A DNA stretch of 64,000 nt from Enoplolaimus lenunculus (Eukaryota). The notes beneath the pieces were generated by a model, which saw nothing but the letters and a program-made list of their open reading frames with translations, did not search any database and was not told the DNA's origin. This document shows, piece by piece, positions 1 through 11,000 of this stretch. A program made the position numbers and the translations under genes. Numbering within the stretch: the first letter of the stretch is position 1; each line of letters starts with the position of its first letter. The DNA is taken from contig JASANG010001128.1 of assembly GCA_030248215.1 (NCBI GenBank), positions 1 through 64,000 on the forward strand. Direction: 5' to 3'.

Positions 1-1
1 A

Positions 2-715
2 TTGAGTTTATTCACAGATAATAGTATTGAGTTGCATAGTACATATAACAACCGCGAATTATTATCGTTTAGCCATGCCGAACAAAAAACGCAAGGTCCA
101 AACTCCGGCGGCTCAGATGCAATTAGACAGTCAGGAAGCGAATCACGAGAACCGAGTGGACACTCCCCAGAATCGGGAACGGTACGAATTTTAACACTTA
201 AAATTCCCTTCTTGGGATCCCACACGGGTTTCCTCAAGAAGCAATTGCAAAAATTGTTTACCCAATTTTTCAGTGATTCTAACATTCAAATTAGAATAGT
301 TGTGTATAATCATATGAAAATTGGTAATTATTTTAGAATAAAGGATAAAATTCCGTTGCTGCTACGTGCTAACGTGGTTTACCAATTTATTTGTTCCAAC
401 TGTCAGTTGGACTACATTGGTTCAACCAGTCGCCAATTATTTAAACGCGTTTGCGAGCATCAGCAACTCTCAGATCGAACACTTATGCCCACTGAGTCTA
501 GCCTGAAATTCAAATCCGCAATTTCGGAGCATTGCCTTAGGTGCCGTCATACGTGTAAATTGGACGAATTTTCGGTTCTTTCTGCCTCTCCAAGGCAAAC
601 TTCGGCTTCAATGTCCAATTTTGCCTTGCATATTCTGGAGTCGCTCTTCATACGCAATTTACGCCCTAAATTAAATGTGCAGAGCAACATGTATAGTTTC
701 AAAGTTTTTGGCTAA
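2..715 (+). CDS. C-terminal part (linker + GIY-YIG endonuclease) of the upstream PLE copy, cut by the window edge
   Basis: Translation matches the end of ORF 2163-4961, including VVYQFICSNCQLDYIGSTSRQLFKRVCEH. Confidence 0.9.
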   Translation: MSLFTDNSIELHSTYNNRELLSFSHAEQKTQGPNSGGSDAIRQSGSESREPSGHSPESGTVRILTLKIPFLGSHTGFLKKQLQKLFTQFFSDSNIQIRIVVYNHMKIGNYFRIKDKIPLLLRANVVYQFICSNCQLDYIGSTSRQLFKRVCEHQQLSDRTLMPTESSLKFKSAISEHCLRCRHTCKLDEFSVLSASPRQTSASMSNFALHILESLFIRNLRPKLNVQSNMYSFKVFG

Positions 716-827
716 TTTTCGCCTAGGTTATCTCGGTTCACGGTGTCTATACTATTAGTCTCGACCTATTCATATGTATATATAATTTTGCACTGTCAAG
801 TTATATTGGTCTGTTGGATTTTCAGAG

Positions 828-865
828 TGACTGAGGATGACGACACCAGTCGTCGAAATATTTCA
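828..865 (+). ncRNA. Minimal type I hammerhead ribozyme of the PLE
   Basis: CTGAGGA core (831-837), stem II GACGAC-ACCA-GTCGTC (839-854), GAAA (855-858), palindromic ATAT stem III, short stem I TGA/TCA; sits where PLE hammerheads normally occur, downstream of the EN ORF. Confidence 0.8.
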
Positions 866-1633
866 ATGGACACTAGTGATAACGCGGTAAATAATAACGA
901 GCAACTCAGCCAGTCTGATACGACGTCGACCGTTGATTCGACTCCGAGCACGATTGAGCTTTCCTCTGATACCAGCGCTGAACTGGATTCGGGCTATTTA
1001 GCGGATAACTCGAACTCGGCAACAACTACTACCAAAGAGTCTACTACGGGTGCGGTAGTTACTGGATCAGTATCCCCACCGGATGACGTACTTATGAACA
1101 GTGCTTCTGACGACAATATTAGCGGCAATAATTCTGGTGCTGAATCAGCAAACTCATTCGATTCATTTAAGTCGAATAAGTCAACATCTAGCAAGGGTTC
1201 GGTTACTGAGGTTGCCAAATCACGCGGCATTCAGGTTAAACCGCAACTACATAACAACTCAACGCAAACTCGTTTTGCCAGAGTTGATATAGAGGTTCCG
1301 ACACTGGTTCAGGTTACACCACCAGGCTCATTTACGCCGATTTTTACACCACCGCAGTTGGTGCGCCAGAACGCATTAGTTCGTGTACCACGATTCCAAA
1401 GTACACCGTATCGGTTGCCACATTGGGTTCAGCGCCCACCAACACCAGCAGTTCCACAACATTGGGCCAACTTGTACGCTGTCTCTACAGGGCAATACGG
1501 CAATAACCGAGGTCGTGGTAAGGGTAACAACAGAGGCGGGACTAAAGGATCAGCTCAACGGAACCAGAGTGAGGATCAAAACACGGACAAAGGCAAATCG
1601 TCTTCGGCGCCGCCATCAGTCACTGGGAAATAG
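866..1633 (+). CDS. PLE upstream ORF1, 255 aa, Ser/Thr/Asn-rich disordered protein with Pro-rich segment and RG/RGG motif
   Basis: First ATG (MDTSDNAV...) of the 743-1633 open frame; NNRGRGKGNNRGG near the C-terminus; no recognisable family. Confidence 0.6.
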   Translation: MDTSDNAVNNNEQLSQSDTTSTVDSTPSTIELSSDTSAELDSGYLADNSNSATTTTKESTTGAVVTGSVSPPDDVLMNSASDDNISGNNSGAESANSFDSFKSNKSTSSKGSVTEVAKSRGIQVKPQLHNNSTQTRFARVDIEVPTLVQVTPPGSFTPIFTPPQLVRQNALVRVPRFQSTPYRLPHWVQRPPTPAVPQHWANLYAVSTGQYGNNRGRGKGNNRGGTKGSAQRNQSEDQNTDKGKSSSAPPSVTGK

Positions 1634-2173
1634 TTGCTACGTGCTTTAAATGGTTGTGCGACATCTACTGCTACAGTACATTCCCACAGCTCATTATTTT
1701 ACGGTTCTATGTTGTGTTTTTTCGTGCCTATTATTCGTGCCACGGTTTATTTTGTGCTGTATCTCATTTTGTCAAAATTTACTGTTTTTTCATATATCTC
1801 GTTACTGTGTCTCAAAGTTTATTTTGTGTATTACAGACAACTATATTTGTGGTGGTTGGACTGTAATACCGAACGTGACTGTCTACAACGCTGGATATTA
1901 GCCCGATTCTTAGCAACTCGGACAATCCTAATATCTTGTCGCTGCATACGTTCAAAACTAAAATTTGGTAATTCTAATAACAACTTAGCTAGTCGTACCT
2001 CTAATTTTGGAAGTAGATCAAATAGACTTGCTAATCAGCACGGTAGTCAGGTCGCTTCGGTAACAGCCGATTCACTGTTTTCCAGTCATCTGTATATCGT
2101 GCTTTATACCTTTATACTTTACTGTGTTTTTTATATAAACGGTCTCAGAACCAGACGGAAATTTGATGCATAA
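1634..2173 (+). CDS. Possible hydrophobic ORF1b, in frame with ORF1 after a single TAG (own ATG at 1709)
   Basis: 179 stop-free codons in AT-rich DNA with two hydrophobic stretches; could instead be an intron or UTR. Confidence 0.3.
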   Translation: MLRALNGCATSTATVHSHSSLFYGSMLCFFVPIIRATVYFVLYLILSKFTVFSYISLLCLKVYFVYYRQLYLWWLDCNTERDCLQRWILARFLATRTILISCRCIRSKLKFGNSNNNLASRTSNFGSRSNRLANQHGSQVASVTADSLFSSHLYIVLYTFILYCVFYINGLRTRRKFDA

Positions 2174-4961
2174 TTCTGAAGGTACAGCCCAAGATTCTGT
2201 TATCAATGATAACTCGGCAAAGCTGGCCATGGACACCGTTAGAAAACTTATCAATACTAGGTTCGGCCCAGGTTTGTTTAACGGTATTCGTAATAAACTC
2301 GGTCCGCAAACCTTGTCTAACTTTCGCATTTTACTAAACTGTTCTTTTAAACTAATGAAATCACTTGAGGACATTAGTTTTCTGGAACAATGCATCAACT
2401 TGTCACTAACCCCTAGATTCCTAAAAATTAGGAGCATAGTGGTTAGGAACAATATTTCTAATCGCAGAAACTTTAATTTCCAGATCCTGAGAAGCGAAAT
2501 TAGAGCTAAAAAGCGTAAAGCCGCAGAATTGAATGTAGTGATCCAGAGATCTAATGCCTGGTTGCAAAACCACTTAGTTTATCTGGACAAATTCGTCCTT
2601 TGCTCCTACATTCGGTGGGCCATCGAATTTAGGCGTAATAAAGTCAAATCGATTCACGAAAGAAAGCTGCAACAGTTGTCTTTTTTGAGCGGAAACAACT
2701 ATGACAAGCTTGATACGTCAGGTACGGTTATCAATCTTTCTAGTCGTGTACTTACTCGTTCTGAGAATACAGTGTTAGCACTCGGTCCCGGTTTCATTCC
2801 ATCAGTCAATAAAGCAGATATGAACCGCGTAGTTGTGGAGAGCGAGCTATTTATTAATTCACTTATGAAAACTGCTTGTGTAAATTCATTGCCTTATGAA
2901 TTCGTGTCTAAATTTCGCCAAAATTTAGAATATGCCGTATTGAGCCTGAGTAGATATCCGAGCCCACCCAACATACCTAAAGATATGTTGGAGGGGCTAA
3001 AAAACTTGAGCAATGACCACTCTATTGTCATATCTAAACCGGATAAAGGCAATGGATTGGTAATCCTTAACCGAGCCGACTACGTCGGTAAGGTTAACAC
3101 AATTCTAGACAATCCTGATGTGTTTCGCTTGATTGACCAAAATGTGAACAATCTGTATAAACACACAGTCAATTTTGAGGATCAAATTAGATCCCTTACC
3201 TCTGAATGTATTAAACGGAATGCAATTTCAGTGGAAACGGCCAAGAAAATTAACCCTTCAGGATCTAGAATCCCAATTTTATACGGTTTGCCTAAAACGC
3301 ATAAAAAAGACGTTCCAGTCAGACCTATTATGTCAGCGGTAAATTCACCCTGCCATAAACTTGCTCAATTTGTGGATAAGCTACTCAAGCCAATAGGCAC
3401 TAACGAGTTTACAGTCAATTCGTCATTTGAGTTTGTGAAACAGGTAACGCAGCTGAACCTGAAAAGTGAAATAATGGTTTCTTTTGATGTTACCTCGTTG
3501 TTTACCAATATACCGATTCTTGATACGCTCGATATTATTGTTAGAGCTATCCAAGAAAAACGGTTGCAAATTGATTTTCCATTGGACCTCTTGGTTAAGG
3601 CAATTAAACTTTGTACACTTAACCTTAAGTTCATTTTTAACGGCAAAGTTTATTCACAATGTGATGGTGTGGCCATGGGGTCTCCCCTTGGTCCCATCTT
3701 GGCTAACGTATTCATGGTATCGTTTGAAAACTCGGCACTCAATGACTGCCCCGATGAATTCAAACCGAATTTCTATCGGCGCTATGTGGATGACACTTTC
3801 CTTACTTTTGATAACCATGATAAAGCAAGGAAATTTTTGGAATTTTTGAACTCAAAACACCCGAAAATCAAATTCACTTCTGAATTTGAACAAAATTGCT
3901 CCATTTCGTTCCTGGATGTTAGAATTACCAGGAACGAAATGGACGGGTCTGTTTCCACCGGTATTTACCGGAAGGCTACTTTTTCAAATCAAATATTAAA
4001 TTATAATTCATTTATGCCGTTGAAGTATAAATCGAATTTAATTTCATGTCTACTGTTTCGTTGTTTTGCAATATCGTCTAACAATGAGAACATTGGTCAA
4101 GAATTGGGTTTTTTAAGACGTTTATTCAGAACAAATAACTTTCCGGTTAATGTTATTGACAAAACGTTTAGAAACTTTATCATGTCTAAATTAAGCATTA
4201 GATCTTCTTTGGATGATACTGATAGTCTTAATTTAAGCAATGAACAATTGAGTTTATTCACAGATAATAGTATTGAGTTGCATAGTACATATAACAACCG
4301 CGAATTATTATCGTTTAGCCATGCCGAACAAAAAACGCAAGGTCCAAACTCCGGCGGCTCAGATGCAATTAGACAGTCAGGAAGCGAATCACGAGAACCG
4401 AGTGGACACTCCCCAGAATCGGGAACGGTACGAATTTTAACACTTAAAATTCCCTTCTTGGGATCCCACACGGGTTTCCTCAAGAAGCAATTGCAAAAAT
4501 TGTTTACCCAATTTTTCAGTGATTCTAACATTCAAATTAGAATAGTTGTGTATAATCATATGAAAATTGGTAATTATTTTAGAATAAAGGATAAAATTCC
4601 GTTGCTGCTACGTGCTAACGTGGTTTACCAATTTATTTGTTCCAACTGTCAGTTGGACTACATTGGTTCAACCAGTCGCCAATTATTTAAACGCGTTTGC
4701 GAGCATCAGCAACTCTCAGATCGAACACTTATGCCCACTGAGTCTAGCCTGAAATTCAAATCCGCAATTTCGGAGCATTGCCTTAGGTGCCGTCATACGT
4801 GTAAATTGGACGAATTTTCGGTTCTTTCTGCCTCTCCAAGGCAAACTTCGGCTTCAATGTCCAATTTTGCCTTGCATATTCTGGAGTCGCTCTTCATACG
4901 CAATTTACGCCCTAAATTAAATGTGCAGAGCAACATGTATAGTTTCAAAGTTTTTGGCTAA
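2166..4961 (+). CDS. PLE reverse transcriptase + C-terminal GIY-YIG endonuclease
   Basis: RT motifs KPDKGNG, YGLPKTHK, RPIMS, SFDVTSLFTN, GVAMGSPLGP, RYVDD, FLDV; EN motif VVY..C..C..YIG.T.R.L..R..EH; ORF uninterrupted. Confidence 0.97.
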   Translation: MHNSEGTAQDSVINDNSAKLAMDTVRKLINTRFGPGLFNGIRNKLGPQTLSNFRILLNCSFKLMKSLEDISFLEQCINLSLTPRFLKIRSIVVRNNISNRRNFNFQILRSEIRAKKRKAAELNVVIQRSNAWLQNHLVYLDKFVLCSYIRWAIEFRRNKVKSIHERKLQQLSFLSGNNYDKLDTSGTVINLSSRVLTRSENTVLALGPGFIPSVNKADMNRVVVESELFINSLMKTACVNSLPYEFVSKFRQNLEYAVLSLSRYPSPPNIPKDMLEGLKNLSNDHSIVISKPDKGNGLVILNRADYVGKVNTILDNPDVFRLIDQNVNNLYKHTVNFEDQIRSLTSECIKRNAISVETAKKINPSGSRIPILYGLPKTHKKDVPVRPIMSAVNSPCHKLAQFVDKLLKPIGTNEFTVNSSFEFVKQVTQLNLKSEIMVSFDVTSLFTNIPILDTLDIIVRAIQEKRLQIDFPLDLLVKAIKLCTLNLKFIFNGKVYSQCDGVAMGSPLGPILANVFMVSFENSALNDCPDEFKPNFYRRYVDDTFLTFDNHDKARKFLEFLNSKHPKIKFTSEFEQNCSISFLDVRITRNEMDGSVSTGIYRKATFSNQILNYNSFMPLKYKSNLISCLLFRCFAISSNNENIGQELGFLRRLFRTNNFPVNVIDKTFRNFIMSKLSIRSSLDDTDSLNLSNEQLSLFTDNSIELHSTYNNRELLSFSHAEQKTQGPNSGGSDAIRQSGSESREPSGHSPESGTVRILTLKIPFLGSHTGFLKKQLQKLFTQFFSDSNIQIRIVVYNHMKIGNYFRIKDKIPLLLRANVVYQFICSNCQLDYIGSTSRQLFKRVCEHQQLSDRTLMPTESSLKFKSAISEHCLRCRHTCKLDEFSVLSASPRQTSASMSNFALHILESLFIRNLRPKLNVQSNMYSFKVFG

Positions 4962-5683
4962 TTTTCGCCTAGGTTATCTCGGTTCACGGTGTCTATACTA
5001 TTAGTCTCGACCTATTCATATGTATATATATCACAACAAATAGAATTAAAACTAAAATTTAACCATTCCGGTTCCGATTAAATTGTGCAATCGAAATCAG
5101 AATAATTCTAATCGGAATCGAAAGTCCGGTTGCATCTTGTCTGTGGATAAAAAACATTTTTCGCTAGAAATTTCAACTCGATCAAACAGCGGGTTTACTG
5201 TTTGATATTCTCGTTCAACAAACAGAACGTTTATAATCTCAAATGTCTTAAGATTTTTGTACCACCCGGGTTTTCAAAAAGTTCTTCAGTTTGCAACACA
5301 GAACGCACCAACCCTCCTGTCAAGATTCGAATACAAAAACCCCCTTTTCAAAATCCTGGCTAAGCCGTTCCATACATACAAACAAATTTACACCGTAAAC
5401 TCATATAATCGGCTTTAGGACGCGACTATAAAACCTAAATTATACCACAACAATCAGACTGACTCTAAGACTGACTCTAAGCTCAATAAACGCCATATGG
5501 TTGTGTTGACAAATTGTTGAAATGGCAAAGAAGGTTCGAGTCCCAAGGATTCGCCGCGCCTCCAATAAATGTCCTGTATCCATCTGTGATTTTAATTGGA
5601 TCAATTTAAGTGGCACCTAACATATCAAAGGGACCGTCTCGACCGAAAAAACCCTGTCACCGTTTGCCACAATATGGGCACTA

Positions 5684-6300
5684 AGGGTTGCGCTATACTC
5701 TTGTTGACGTCCGTTGTCGTCGCCGTCCGTCAGCGGCAGTCACTACACGGTATCATACGTGTGTAATTTGCGTTACGATACGGGTTTCGCTATACTTGTC
5801 GCGTGGCGGACAGTCACCGTCAAGTGCGTCCGTCAACGTACGTCATCCGTCACACGTACAGCGCAGTACGATTGATGGACGGTGCCGTACGGCGCCGGAT
5901 ATAACAAAAGTATAGCGCAACCTAAACGCACGGTAACGTACGACGACGGACGGTGCCGTACGCGTGACGGACGGCGCCGTGCACGTGACGGACGGCGCCG
6001 TGCACGTGACGGACGGCGCCGTGCACGTGACGAACGGCGCCGTGCACGTGACGGACGGCGCCGTGCACGTGACGGACGGCGCCGTGCGCGTGACGGACGG
6101 CGCCGTGCGCGACGGACGGCGCCTGCACGTGATGGACGCCCGACTCAACAACGTTAGCGCACCTAAACGCACGGTAACGTACGACGACGGACGGTGCCGT
6201 ACGCGTGACGGACGGACCTGTGAAGGACGGGAGACGCACAGCGCCGGACGTCAACAAACGTGTAGCGCAACCTAAACGCACAGTGACGCACGGTGACGGG
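5684..6300. repeat. CpG-rich foldback-type repeat with internal 21-bp minisatellite (GTGACGGACGGCGCCGTGCAC)n
   Basis: Inverted ends GGTTGCGCTATAC / GTATAGCGCAACC; about 7 tandem units at ~5964-6130; related sequence at ~39360-39605. Confidence 0.75.
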
Positions 6301-6642
6301 CAAACCTGGTTTTGCGTTCCTTCACGCAACAAACACTGAAACAAAACTGTCGTTATGAAATGTTGAATTTAAATGTTGTCAATCATATCAATTACCGCAA
6401 AAAACAATCCCAAACTCAGCTTACAAACTTTGGCTACTAATGTATTTATTACTAAAGGTTTAATATTTTTTAGTGCTATTAACTTTGTATCGGGCCAGAT
6501 CACACACTGTTGAAATATTAAGATATTAACCGTAATGCCGAAAATTGGGCCGGAAATAGATATGTTTAACATAAAGTACGCATATATACCTACATATATA
6601 CCTATATATATACGTCATATATAATTATATATACATATATGT

Positions 6643-7047
6643 CAGGGTGCAACCGGAATTTCAATTTACTGGAATCGGAATTTGAAAAATTCCCACAAAC
6701 GGAAGATGAAAAATACATGCCGCCGAAACCTTCATTTTAATTTTCTTTTTACAATATTCATGGAGAAATAACCCTAGTTGGAGATAGATGTTCATTTTAT
6801 CTGCTGTATTTTAAATGTTCATAATCCACGCGTGCGAAATCTACCTTCGATGGTTGATTTTCGGCGACTGTCAAGGTTTCGCATACTGTACTAATGAAAT
6901 CTAGTTATTATTTATCGTCATTTTTTTAGTAAAATATCTTAATTTCCATCGACCAAATTTTAATAGCGGAATTTTTAATTCCGGTCAAAATTTCACGGAA
7001 CCGGAAAATGAAAAAAATGCCGGAACCGGAATTCCGGTTGCACCCTG
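6643..7047. mobile_element. hAT-like MITE (TIR CAGGGTGCAACCGGAATT)
   Basis: Inverted termini; flanks ATATATGT/ATATATAT resemble an 8-bp TSD. Confidence 0.8.
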
Positions 7048-7610
7048 ATATATATACCAATTACCAAACCATGTGATATAAAACACAAACAGCTCATGAG
7101 GTGTTAACTTCATTCTGAAGCCTTTAAGCAAGCGTTGTAATACAAATTCAATCAGTCTATCGGTCAACCTAATTTCCGTAAAATTAAGCAATTTATCGTA
7201 TCCAAAAGCAACATCCAAACTGACCGCGATGCCCTAACATTTTCCAAAACAACCCCTAAGCTTACGCAACGGAAACAAGTCATTACAACGAACCGCAGTA
7301 GATTGTTATTCGCAATTTAGAAACACTTCAGAATTAAATTTTTTTCTCTCGACACCAGGGTGCGACCGGATATCAAAAACTGACGGAGCCGGATATCCGG
7401 TCGCACCCTGCTCGATATCACCCGACGTTATTCGACACACGCGAAACTTTAAGCATCGCTAAATTAGCAATTTCAAATGTCTAAAAAAACAACGCTAAAT
7501 TAGTAATTTCAACTATACGTCTAAAAACAAGCCTATTTTAACAGCTGCTGAACACACTGCATTGTCACTCTATGTTATTGCTCGAAACTCATTTATACCC
7601 AAATGAACAA

Positions 7611-8050
7611 GCATCCGTGTTTCAGGATGCAATCGGATGGCAAAAACGCTGTGACCGGATACTTCACGATGCAGCCGGATGGCGACATTACTGAGGTCGG
7701 ATACGTCAGGATGCGGCCGAATGGCGGCATTACTGGGACCGGATACTTCAGGATGCAGCCGGATGGCTCAAACACTGCGACCGGATACTGCTCCAGATGC
7801 AGCCGGATGGCAAAAATACTGCGACCGGATCGAATGGCAAAATTACTGCGACTGGATACTTCAGGATGCAGCCGCATGGCGACATTAACCGGATACTTCA
7901 GAATGCAGCCGGATGGCTACATTACTCGAACCGGATACTTCTCAGGATGCAACCGGATGGCACAAATACTGCGACCAGATCTTGCTCAGGATGCAGCCGG
8001 ACGGTAAAAATACTAGTACCGGATCGTTAAATATCAATCCGGAGCTGGAT
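7611..8050. repeat. Degenerate ~42-bp minisatellite, core CCGGATACTTCAGGATGCAGCCGGATGGC
   Basis: About 9-10 tandem units visible. Confidence 0.85.
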
Positions 8051-11000
8051 ATTAAATAAGCGCACGCTGCTAGCAAACAGAAAACCATACCAACTAAAAT
8101 AGTCAATGCCAAATCGTTTAACTTTCGTGCGCACGGTCGTCCGTCGAATGACCGCAACGCCAAAATCAACGCCTGCAACTACTTCGCAATTCGTATATAA
8201 TTTAAAACTAAACCATGCATTCACATTTTAGGTTGACCAAAAACGCGTTAAAAACCAAACACTACCGTAATCATTGGCAATATCCTGCCATGACTCATTC
8301 ACTGGTTCACAATTAAACACTACGCATGAACCTGAAAGCGACTCAACCAAGAGTCAAAAACATCCGATCTCATACGTCAGATAAAACGGCAATATGTACA
8401 CCGAACACGTCTGATTAGTCATATTATGCGTTTCGCCATATCAACTGAATGAGTTTCATATCATACGTACATACCTTGGTTTGTTTAATACCTCCGAGAC
8501 TACAAAGAACGAACATTCAGAACCGGATACATATTTTAATATCCGGTAAAGGATATTTTTGATGAAACATATTAATCACGATTTATACGGACTGAGATTC
8601 CCTGCCCCTCCCTTCTGGCTACGGGTCCGCTAATCAAGAAACAGCTTGGACCCGGTCCACGAATATAACCAGTACAACCATTGACACTTGTACAGGGGGT
8701 GAAATGGCGACGCCCTGGCTCACTTTGCCCAAAATTTTTGCGTAAAATATGACACATTTAATCGGTTAAAATTAGCAATCCCACTTTTCCAACTGTCGAC
8801 AAAACCCGAAATTTTCTCGATCGCTTCGGTCGCCAACATTCGTGATATACCAATAGGGACGGTGCGTATGCAGTATTTGATAACATACGCCAGGCGCTCT
8901 GCTCCTACGACTTAAAATGAGTTTCATTATTGACCACAAATTGTAAAAAAATCCCTGCTCCTGTCTGTGTCCTCGAATGCCGGAACAGATATCAACATCA
9001 ACTGACTTTATACCGGAATTGCCGGCGGAACACAAATTATTACGCTGGAATCCTGCCATATTGTGTACTGGTTGGAGTTGCGCTATTTGTCCAAAATTTT
9101 CAAAAACTTTTAATACGTTTGTGGCACAATCGGTGCCGCCGATTTAAACATCTTATCGCTTTCTGTTCAACTAACAACCTTTGCTTAATATTTTTAAACC
9201 ATTAAAAATAACTCCAAGCCCCAACCGCTGCCCCCCGCAAATTTATTAGTACACTGCTGACAATTTTTTCCCACACTCTCCCTTGGAACTTTCCCACAGA
9301 ACAATTTCAAATGCCTCAGTAAATCATGACTCATTGGTCAAATCAAAAATTTTGAAACTTATGGGTCATGGGCCAACGGCTTGACCCATGTCTCATTGAC
9401 CCATGGATCAACTATATATACATATGGATCGCGGTGGATCATACCGCACACATTGTGCTGTGACCCCATTTCCATCTCTGCTCCACACCGCACCCCCTCC
9501 TCGCGGAACCAAACCCTGTGTGTACGCGCGTGACTACAATCACTATATAATTTCAGCTCTCAAACCATCGTCATCCCCTCACCCATCTCATGCATTTAAT
9601 CACGTGCCATTCATTGTTCTACGCATTTGCTCTCACTATACTATACATAGCCAAAACCAAGCAATCAACCTCACAAATCTCTATAAATAAACTTTAAAAT
9701 ATACAATCACAGCTAACAAACCAAATACATATATACTTATCTCATATGACTGACTCATACTTCGATAACGAAACTTCCCTATACTCAATAAACTACTCCG
9801 AGCTTTGAAAACTCAACTAAAACAAAAAATATTCAAGTCTAAATGGGGCCAGTTGCTGGCAGCAAGTAATCGTTTCGCGTTCAGTTCAACTTGAAACTCT
9901 TCAATCAAACCGACCATCGCCCGGACCGGTGCTAAAGATTATCCCAGTTAGATTGCGTACGTTAAAGTATAGAATACAGCAGCAAAATGTTTATACACAA
10001 AGCGATCAAATCACCAGCTTCACATACACACAGAGTGGACGCACCGAGAAATTCACATTAGCGCAAGACGAAATCATTGAAACCATTGGTCCAATAAACT
10101 TGCAGGTGCACTGTTAGCAATTTCCTAAGATGTATGGTACGTAACTCAATGCCTTCAATAGACGTAAAAAAAGCAGTTTGATTGGATTTTGGCTTGCAAG
10201 GCGGTGGCCGATTGGCCCCCCTCTGCCCGCACGTCACTGGCTTCACACAAACTAGCAACATAATATAAATATATATTATATATATAGATATATATTATAT
10301 ATACCCATCTTTATAATACATTAAATATAACATATATTTATATATTACGTAATTGTTTTCACTTTAAAGCTATTCTACTGCTGAGCAATTACCTTGAGCC
10401 TATAAATCATTACACTTACCCACACGGCATATATATAAGTAAATATGACATAAATATGCTTATCTACTAGCAGTTAGCTTATATAGAATTGCAACATCAC
10501 ATGTTTTTAGTCGAACGCGTAGGCAAACAGGAGGGTGCGACCGGATACCAAAAAATACCGGAGCCGGATAATTAATTCAAATTTAATACTAATTGCATTC
10601 AAACATCAAAACGTACATAGCTAACAATTCTTCCTTCAGTGGCCCAAGGTACATATCGAAAGTGTTTACGTGACCAAACTTAACATCTAACGCCGATGCA
10701 TTTTAACACTAACAATGACCCTATTAAGTTTTATGTTCTTGTAGCAAAAGATATTCCGTTTTCCCTAAGCACTATATAATAGACGTGACTACGATTACGG
10801 CTATTATTTTTTGCTTAGGCTTAGTTACAGGCACGATGGTACGCGGAAGTTTAGGCTAAACCTTAGGAATACGAATATCCACTCAACAAACGTGTGAACG
10901 CAATTGCAAGTCGCTTAATTTTTTGCACCTGTATTTTGATTGGTCCACTAGAACACACATGTCGTTCAGTGTTTCTGAATTTAATCCAAACTTTTTAATT

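Larger units (their letters stand above)
1..5030 (+). mobile_element. Penelope-like retroelement (PLE) in tandem/partial-tandem arrangement, unit length 4246 bp
   Basis: 1-784 is repeated at 4247-5030 with no difference seen by eye; contains an RT + GIY-YIG ORF and a hammerhead motif; 3' end falls in a short TA run. Confidence 0.95.

Noticed and set aside
743..865. N-terminal extension of PLE ORF1
   Set aside because: GTG start, overlaps the hammerhead and acceptor; first ATG is 866
2155..2166. -1 frameshift site AAATTTG into RT
   Set aside because: The shift needed from ORF1b is +1, so the heptamer is in the wrong register
2166..4961. Selenocysteine-type PLE
   Set aside because: No in-frame TGA in the RT-EN ORF; the upstream stop is TAG
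5843..6344. Overlapping repetitive ORFs
   Set aside because: Products of the 21-bp stop-free minisatellite
7611..8050. CRISPR-like repeat/spacer pattern
   Set aside because: The ~13-bp variable parts are related to each other, no cas genes, eukaryotic context
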